NCBI GenBank assembly: GCA_020184695.1
Contig: JAANOX010000271.1
Span: 124,001-188,000 of the forward strand
DNA: 64,000 bases
From: Histomonas meleagridis 2922-C6/04-290x
Taxonomy: Eukaryota > Protista > Parabasalia
Reading direction: 5' to 3'
Of the stretch, positions 57,538-64,000 are shown one piece after another. The notes under the pieces are model-generated. The model saw only the letters and a program-made list of their open reading frames with translations, ran no database searches and had not been told where the DNA came from. The position numbers and the translations under genes are program-made. The number at the start of each line of letters is the position of its first letter. The first letter of the stretch is position 1.

Positions 57538-58911
57538 ATGCAGTACAAAAGGCAAGCACAAGCAAAAAGGAAAAGTAAAATCCTGATGTGGCTTCCTTCA
57601 TATGCTAGGAGTGATGACAGTAATCAAAACAATTTTGATAAAGCAATTGAAATGCTTTTTTCGGAAAATGAAAAAATAATTTGTGAAGCTATAGCTTATA
57701 TATCTAACAGGTTATGGGAAGAAGGCACGCTATTAAAAAATAAAGTTATTTTCCAACAAATTCTAAATATTGCAGAATCTCCAAATTTTGAAAATCTACT
57801 TTTTCCTTTAACATTTTTTACAATTGCCACGTCCATTGAACATGAAAAGGCCATTGTTACATTAGTCACACCACGTTTTATGTCATTTCTCAAGAACATA
57901 TTATATTCATATTTATCACTTGAACATAAACTTTTTCCAATTACATGTCGAATTTATTCCAACATCTTTGTCAATAGTGAATTCTTATCCAAATTATATC
58001 TTACGCAAGAATTAGTTCAATGTATTTTTACAAATCTTCAAAACGATTACATCAATAACATTACATCTGTTTTAGATTTTTTAAGTGTAATCTTAAAGCG
58101 CATTACGCTTTTAAACACATTTAAGCAATCACCTATTAAACCAATCATTGGAATTATTATTAAATCTTTTAAAGAATTTAATGAAGAAGACATAATATAT
58201 TATTCCATTAATGGAATTTTATCCATTACTTTAATTGATGACAATGAAATATTACATAATTATATTGATGATGAAATAATACAAAAACTTATACATAATA
58301 TTCATCATAATAACAATGATATTGTCATTGATTCATTATCAATATTATATAACTTAACATATAACAATGAATTTTTCTCATATAAATTATATAATTTTGG
58401 ATTTTATAATATCGATGACATTAATACGAATAATAATGAATATGTTAAACTTATAATTGATATCTCTTTAAACATAATTAACAATTGTAATGACGTACAA
58501 ATTGATTTCTTAAATTCATTAACTACTCAAACATTATTTAATTCATTCAATTCTTATTCTTTCGAATCCAAAGAAGAATTCGGACGATTTCTGTTTTACA
58601 TTATTAAACATTTTCCATTTGATATCATAAATATCATATTACAATACAATGAAATCATTGCCGATACATTTTACACATGTTTAAACTGTTCCAACAATGA
58701 ATTTGTTATTAATGCAATTGATACATTACAAATATTATTCGAAATCATTATCAGTAATGGAGCAGAAAACTTTGAAATTATATTACAGTTATTAAATGAA
58801 AGAGAAATTGGAATATTATTACAAGAAATAACTTCAAATGATTCATATCCTTTAACATTCATTAAAATCACTGAAAACGCACTTCAAAGTTTCGAAAGTC
58901 TTTTACAATAA
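57538..58911 (+). CDS. ARM-repeat (importin-alpha-like) protein, 457 aa
   Basis: Basic N-terminus MQYKRQAQAKRKSK followed by helical repeats; the family call is an inference. Confidence 0.7.
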   Translation: MQYKRQAQAKRKSKILMWLPSYARSDDSNQNNFDKAIEMLFSENEKIICEAIAYISNRLWEEGTLLKNKVIFQQILNIAESPNFENLLFPLTFFTIATSIEHEKAIVTLVTPRFMSFLKNILYSYLSLEHKLFPITCRIYSNIFVNSEFLSKLYLTQELVQCIFTNLQNDYINNITSVLDFLSVILKRITLLNTFKQSPIKPIIGIIIKSFKEFNEEDIIYYSINGILSITLIDDNEILHNYIDDEIIQKLIHNIHHNNNDIVIDSLSILYNLTYNNEFFSYKLYNFGFYNIDDINTNNNEYVKLIIDISLNIINNCNDVQIDFLNSLTTQTLFNSFNSYSFESKEEFGRFLFYIIKHFPFDIINIILQYNEIIADTFYTCLNCSNNEFVINAIDTLQILFEIIISNGAENFEIILQLLNEREIGILLQEITSNDSYPLTFIKITENALQSFESLLQ

Positions 58912-58944
58912 GAAGAACATTTTCCATTAAAATTATTTATTACA

Positions 58945-60288
58945 TTAATTACCATCAAAGAAACTCAAAGTATCTTTGACCATATTCAAACAATTCATTA
59001 AGTTTACATTCATTTGTGCTGGTGCAAATTTAATCAAATACTTAAAGTAATCGGAAACATTCGGTATGTCTGAAGACAAGAAAATGCATTCGAAGCTTTC
59101 AACATTTTCTTCAAGTGATAACATTTCATTCAGCTCTACATCTGTTGGCTCTCTATTAGTAATTTTCAAACTGTTTACGCCTTTCGATATATTTTGGAAT
59201 AATGAATTCATTGTGTAAATAGAGTCAATTGGACATACGTAATAATAACTTAAATTTGCGTAATTGAGACATTCCTTAATATATTTATTATTAATTAAAT
59301 ACGTCAGAAATAGATTCCGTATTTGAATATTTGAATCATATCCAGGTAAACTTTTCATTAATTGATTGAAAGAACTTAGCCGTGGCTCCGTACTGAATGA
59401 TTGATCGGAAAAGTGCAGTCGCTCTGGATATAATTCATAAATACGGTTAACAAGAGCCCGATAGAACGTTATGACAAGTATCGTTTCATCCTTCTGAAAA
59501 CTTTTCATAGATAAACTTCGGCAAAACGATAGAACTTTTTCAGGAAAACTGTCAAACGGTTTCTGATCGTTGATGAACCTATCGATTTGTTTTCCGATTT
59601 CCGAATTCGGATGACAAAAGAGATAACGTGAAAATGAAACTTCTTCAGGTATATTTGGGAAGTATCCGATTTCAGCGTCGTACTTTTTCAGCGCTTCTGA
59701 AATTAATTTGGTATAAAACTTATTGAGATCAATGAACCAAAGAGGACGCGGAATGAGCCTTTCACTGTTGATTAGGATGTTGTGCAAATTTTCAATTTGT
59801 TTTGTATGTTTGAAAAGTTTTATTGAATCTTCTGATTCGACGATTTGATCAAAATCTTTGTTGAGTCTGATGATGGTACCGTTGGGTATTATCTTTGGGT
59901 GGAAGAGACAAATGATTTTGTGGACCTGAGATAACTTATTTTGACGCGTTTTGATCTTTGTCTGTAGAAACTTTATACTATTTTTGTAGTACTTGTGTCT
60001 TAAGTAGAAAACTTTGCGCAATTTGAAGTTATCACTTTGCGAATCGAATATGAAATTTGGTTTTCTTGCAAAGTGCAAACGCATAACTTTCGTCACGTTG
60101 CTGACTTCAGCTTCTTCGCTTTTGATTTCTTGGAGTAATTTATTTCTGAATTTTGTGAGCTCCGAAAATGTTCTGTTATTAGCTGCTTCTATTTTTCTTT
60201 TTTCCTTCGTCTTCTCAGTGGAAAGAAGAGGGAGGATTTCTCTGTTAAAATTTCGCCAAGATTGGAAATCTGGATAATGATATAACAA
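58945..60288 (-). CDS. Hypothetical protein, 447 aa
   Basis: Intact ORF. The C-terminal CPIDSIY...LSLEENVESF is loosely VPS9-like, which I could not verify. Confidence 0.8.
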   Translation of the reverse strand: MLYHYPDFQSWRNFNREILPLLSTEKTKEKRKIEAANNRTFSELTKFRNKLLQEIKSEEAEVSNVTKVMRLHFARKPNFIFDSQSDNFKLRKVFYLRHKYYKNSIKFLQTKIKTRQNKLSQVHKIICLFHPKIIPNGTIIRLNKDFDQIVESEDSIKLFKHTKQIENLHNILINSERLIPRPLWFIDLNKFYTKLISEALKKYDAEIGYFPNIPEEVSFSRYLFCHPNSEIGKQIDRFINDQKPFDSFPEKVLSFCRSLSMKSFQKDETILVITFYRALVNRIYELYPERLHFSDQSFSTEPRLSSFNQLMKSLPGYDSNIQIRNLFLTYLINNKYIKECLNYANLSYYYVCPIDSIYTMNSLFQNISKGVNSLKITNREPTDVELNEMLSLEENVESFECIFLSSDIPNVSDYFKYLIKFAPAQMNVNLMNCLNMVKDTLSFFDGN

Positions 60289-60592
60289 AATTTCTTCTTT
60301 TGTGTAAACTATATAATAATGCAGTTTTTTGAACGTTAAGTTTATTGTTAACTTTACATAATGATAAATATCATTAACAATGTTTTGGCCAAATTATAAT
60401 TTATCAGCAATATTTGAAATTGTGTGGTATGTATCAAAGAATAACTCGTCTTTTTCAAATTTAAAATAAGTAAAAATATGATTTAATATTAAACTTAAGT
60501 TTCTACAGGAGCTTTTTGTTAATATAAAACTATTTTTTATTTGTTCTTCAAATCTATAAAGATAGAAACAGAATTATATTTATTTATTAAAT

Positions 60593-61447
60593 TTATTCAT
60601 TAAAGTAAGGATGCAACAATGCATCATGAGCAGAAATCCTTCTTGAGTCGCTTGGGTTTAACATTTTTTGTAATAAATCATAGACCTCTTCAGGTTGATT
60701 TGGAATTACATTTCTTAATGTTGAATCATATTGTGGTGGAACAAAGTTTTTGAAGTATTCTATTTGGTTCATTTCTGGCCAATCATCTTCTTTTGGTGTT
60801 CCTAATATTTTAAGGGCTTTTGATATCACATCAAGTTGAGATTGGCCATTGAATAAAATATCGCCTGTCAAAAGCTCCCCAAAGATACACCCTACACTCC
60901 ATATATCAAATTTTTCACTATATTCACTACTTCCAAATAAAATATCAATCGGAGTGTATTGATATGTACAACAAACAGGTGAATTTTTCTCACCTTCAAT
61001 TGGCCTGGAAACACCGAAGTCAATGATTTTGATTTCATTTTTGCTGTTTACAAGAATATTGGAGGTTTTTAAATCGCGATGAATAATTCCTTTCGAATGA
61101 ATATAATCGACAGCTTCAAGTATCTGTTTCATATAGCTTTTAACAAGGGGTGCTGGAAGTGGTTTTCTTTTTTGTTCCTCAAGAATATCATATAGATCAT
61201 CACCTCCATATTCTAAAACAATATAATTATATGGAAAGACAGCAAATGCTTCAATTAGTTTGATTATATGAGGATGATCTAGAGATCTTAATGCATTGAC
61301 TTCTTTCATAACAGTATCATTCATTTGAATTTCTTTCACAGCATATTCTTCTGATGTTTTAGGATTTTTACAAAGCCATACAATCCCATATTGCCCATCA
61401 TTTATTGGTCGAATTTTTTGATACTTTCCTCCAATTAATCCATTCAT
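60593..61447 (-). CDS. CMGC/CDK-like Ser/Thr kinase
   Basis: AVKEI, HRDLKTSN, DFG and DIWSVGCIFGEL motifs; no PSTAIRE. Confidence 0.93.
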   Translation of the reverse strand: MNGLIGGKYQKIRPINDGQYGIVWLCKNPKTSEEYAVKEIQMNDTVMKEVNALRSLDHPHIIKLIEAFAVFPYNYIVLEYGGDDLYDILEEQKRKPLPAPLVKSYMKQILEAVDYIHSKGIIHRDLKTSNILVNSKNEIKIIDFGVSRPIEGEKNSPVCCTYQYTPIDILFGSSEYSEKFDIWSVGCIFGELLTGDILFNGQSQLDVISKALKILGTPKEDDWPEMNQIEYFKNFVPPQYDSTLRNVIPNQPEEVYDLLQKMLNPSDSRRISAHDALLHPYFNE

Positions 61448-61499
61448 TTAGTAAACGTTTACATTGGACCAAATAACAATTCAAAAAGTTAAATAACAT

Positions 61500-63017
61500 T
61501 TACAAATTTAAATTAGATACAAGAGCATAGCCGATTGTTGATATTACGAGTATTCCAATGAGTACCGTAGGCCATCCATAAATAATATAATCAAATCCGC
61601 GAAGAAATGGAGTATTTCCACTTTTTTCAGTGTTTGTTTCTGGACATACTCCAGAAACAAGCGCATTTGGAAATGAAGAGATATGAAACAGTTGAGAGCA
61701 ACTTATCATTAAAGCTGATAACAACACAACCAAAGGTGACTTACCAGTTGTTCCACTTACAGCCATTATAAGTGGAAACATGATTGATGCAGCTGTTGTT
61801 GAACTTAGAAGGGATGCAAGTAATGACTCAACAAATAACAAAATAATAAGTAAAGTCCATACTGTTATTCCATTGAGAGAATCTTTTGCGTAATCAGCAA
61901 TGATATCAAGTAAACCTGACAATTTCATCGCTTCACCAAGAGCCAAACCGCCGCCCAAAAGTGACAGCGTTGACCACTTCAACGAATTGAAATCGTTAAC
62001 GGTCAACGTGCCGTTCCCAAAAAACCAAACAATTGGAATTAAAGAAATGATCCCAATATGGCCAAAGAAATCTCCAAAGGTATCTGAAAAAGCCCAAAGG
62101 ATAATGGTAATTATTGTTACAATGGATGCTTGAGTATGTTGAAATGTCCATTTTTCTTCTTCATTTGTACTTTGTACTTTTATTCTATCATGACTTCCAA
62201 CGGAAAATACTTTTACTAGATAAAGCCATTGGATTAGACAAAGAGTAGTAGATGTTGGAAAAGCAAAAAAACACCATTGCAAAAATGAAATATGTGAACC
62301 AGAATCATTAACAACACGAACTGCAATAACATTTTGAGGAGATGCAATTGTTGTTGGCATTCCACCACAATTGCCACTCCAAGCGATACCAAATAAAATT
62401 GCTTTGGCAAAAGGATCTGTTGGATTTAGTGTCTTAATAATAGGCATTGCAAGAGATAGTGTTAAAGTCGTTGATGTAACGTTTGAAAGAAAAGATCCAA
62501 CAATCATATTAAAAAGCATTAAAACAAGTAAAATTATTGATGGCCTTGGGGGAACATACCTCAAGATTGAGTGAGAAATTCTGGATGTTATATTCAGTTT
62601 TTGAAGAGCTGTTGTTAGAATAAGACTTCCTAGAAATAATAAAATTATTGGATCTGTAAATCTGAATGCAAAATATTGAGCAAGTTCGCCTGCTGACATT
62701 CTTTCATGTGTCTCTTTGTTAATTCCAATTCTAAACCAAACTGCTAATATTGGAATTAGATATGAAGTTGCAAAAGGAGGAATAGCTTCAGTAATCCACA
62801 AAAAGCACACAGCACAAATTATTGCTAAACTTGTGTGCTCAGTAGGATAATCTGTGAGAATAGGGGATATATATATAATACAAAAAATAAAAACAGAAAT
62901 TATTGGTAATTTTGATACTTTTTTCTTTTTTGGAATCACACCGACGTTGAGCTCAACTATGTCTATCGTAGAATCAACAACACTATCGTCCATAAATGGA
63001 GAATTTTGAAGATACAT
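61500..63017 (-). CDS. SLC13/DASS-family (Pho87-like) anion transporter
   Basis: About 12 hydrophobic segments, with FLSNVTST, GGMPTTIASPQN and SSFPNAL motifs. Confidence 0.88.
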   Translation of the reverse strand: MYLQNSPFMDDSVVDSTIDIVELNVGVIPKKKKVSKLPIISVFIFCIIYISPILTDYPTEHTSLAIICAVCFLWITEAIPPFATSYLIPILAVWFRIGINKETHERMSAGELAQYFAFRFTDPIILLFLGSLILTTALQKLNITSRISHSILRYVPPRPSIILLVLMLFNMIVGSFLSNVTSTTLTLSLAMPIIKTLNPTDPFAKAILFGIAWSGNCGGMPTTIASPQNVIAVRVVNDSGSHISFLQWCFFAFPTSTTLCLIQWLYLVKVFSVGSHDRIKVQSTNEEEKWTFQHTQASIVTIITIILWAFSDTFGDFFGHIGIISLIPIVWFFGNGTLTVNDFNSLKWSTLSLLGGGLALGEAMKLSGLLDIIADYAKDSLNGITVWTLLIILLFVESLLASLLSSTTAASIMFPLIMAVSGTTGKSPLVVLLSALMISCSQLFHISSFPNALVSGVCPETNTEKSGNTPFLRGFDYIIYGWPTVLIGILVISTIGYALVSNLNL

Positions 63018-63795
63018 GAGGGTAAATGACCGTTAATGAGATTCGACCATTTTGTATTTCAAATTTTGATAACTTTACAATGTAGAAATCAATTTTTCTC
63101 TACAGCTTTTCAAGATGAAATTCATCACATAAATATATATTTTGCATGTTTATTTTAATATTTTTATTGTTGTTCTTTTGTTTCTTTGGGTTCTTCCTTT
63201 TTTTCGGTGTTTTCTGATTTAATTGCAGGTTTTTCATCATTTTTACTATCAATAGCTTCAATACCACGTCTTAAAGACCATTCATTTTCGAATTCTTTTA
63301 CAAGATTTTTTAATGATTGATGTGATAAAACAACAAATTTGTTAATTAGTAACCTTAACAGTATTTGCTTAATTTAGATGTGAAAGCTGCTTGTCCACTT
63401 TTTTTTACTCACACTTTTTATCAGTTTTGTTGTGATAAAAACTTAACTCCAAAATTTTAACTAAAGAGTATTTTGGTTTATACTCGGATTTTGTCATAAG
63501 CTATCATTAATAAAATAAAGAGAGATTTTAATATTGTCCATCAAATATTCCTTGATACTTTGTGTGTTTAATATATATATTCCATATATAATATATATAA
63601 ATCCAATTCATGCATATACAGCCAAAAAAAATCATATGTTCGAAGTATCAAATTGATTAAAAAGCTACTTCAATATTTCATTTAACATAATTTAAATTAA
63701 GCTTAATCACTTCTTTGTGTTTGGTATTAAGAATAACTTAAAAAAAAAATGCGTTCAAGTGCAGAACAAAGGTTTGAATGTATTTTATTGATTGT

Positions 63796-64000
63796 TTAAT
63801 TCATTTTTTTTTTTAAATAAGATTTTTTACTTAAAATATTTCTATTCCTTGATTAATGAATATTGCCATTTCTTCATTATCAGCTGCTATAGCTTTTGAA
63901 GCGTAAGTATTTCCTGCATATTGTGACATACCTTCAACGCATAAAAACCATTTCGTTATATCATTATAAGCCTTACATTCCAACATTTCATACACATCTG
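63796..64000 (-). CDS. 3' end of a gene entering from beyond the window
   Basis: Open frame DVYEMLECKAYNDITKWF...KKKMN-stop at 63796; no family recognised. Confidence 0.5.

Noticed and set aside
63160-63500. Small charged minus-strand ORF remnant
   Set aside because: Several in-frame stops, no start or intron that repairs it, and no recognisable family.

Overview
Very AT-rich, intron-poor eukaryotic DNA in the standard code. The gene content (BspA-type leucine-rich-repeat surface proteins, DUF3447-type ankyrin proteins, small GTPases, a TCACTTT initiator) points to a parabasalid protist; that assignment is an inference. Ordinary genes: cathepsin-L-like protease, PI3-kinase, Uso1/p115-like tether, two ARM proteins, CDK-like kinase, SLC13-type transporter, endosulfine-like protein and a 2202-aa protein with three internal repeats. 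Four Tc1/mariner-superfamily insertions are present, plus several pseudogenes. Main result: all five ankyrin genes look truncated and scrambled in the ORF track, but they parse exactly. In each C-terminal ankyrin repeat, the beta-hairpin codons (D-x-x-G-x-T) sit as single 3-nt codons separated by AT-rich, non-GT-AG spacers of 17 nt. I hand-parsed about 100 spacers; all are 17 nt except one of 18 nt. Removing them restores the frame and ankyrin consensus loops such as KDKDGATAL, KDENGETSL, KDDNGKTAL and KDNYGNTAL. This suggests an unrecognised processing system (non-canonical micro-introns with 3-nt micro-exons, RNA deletion editing or translational skipping). No expression data were available to confirm it.
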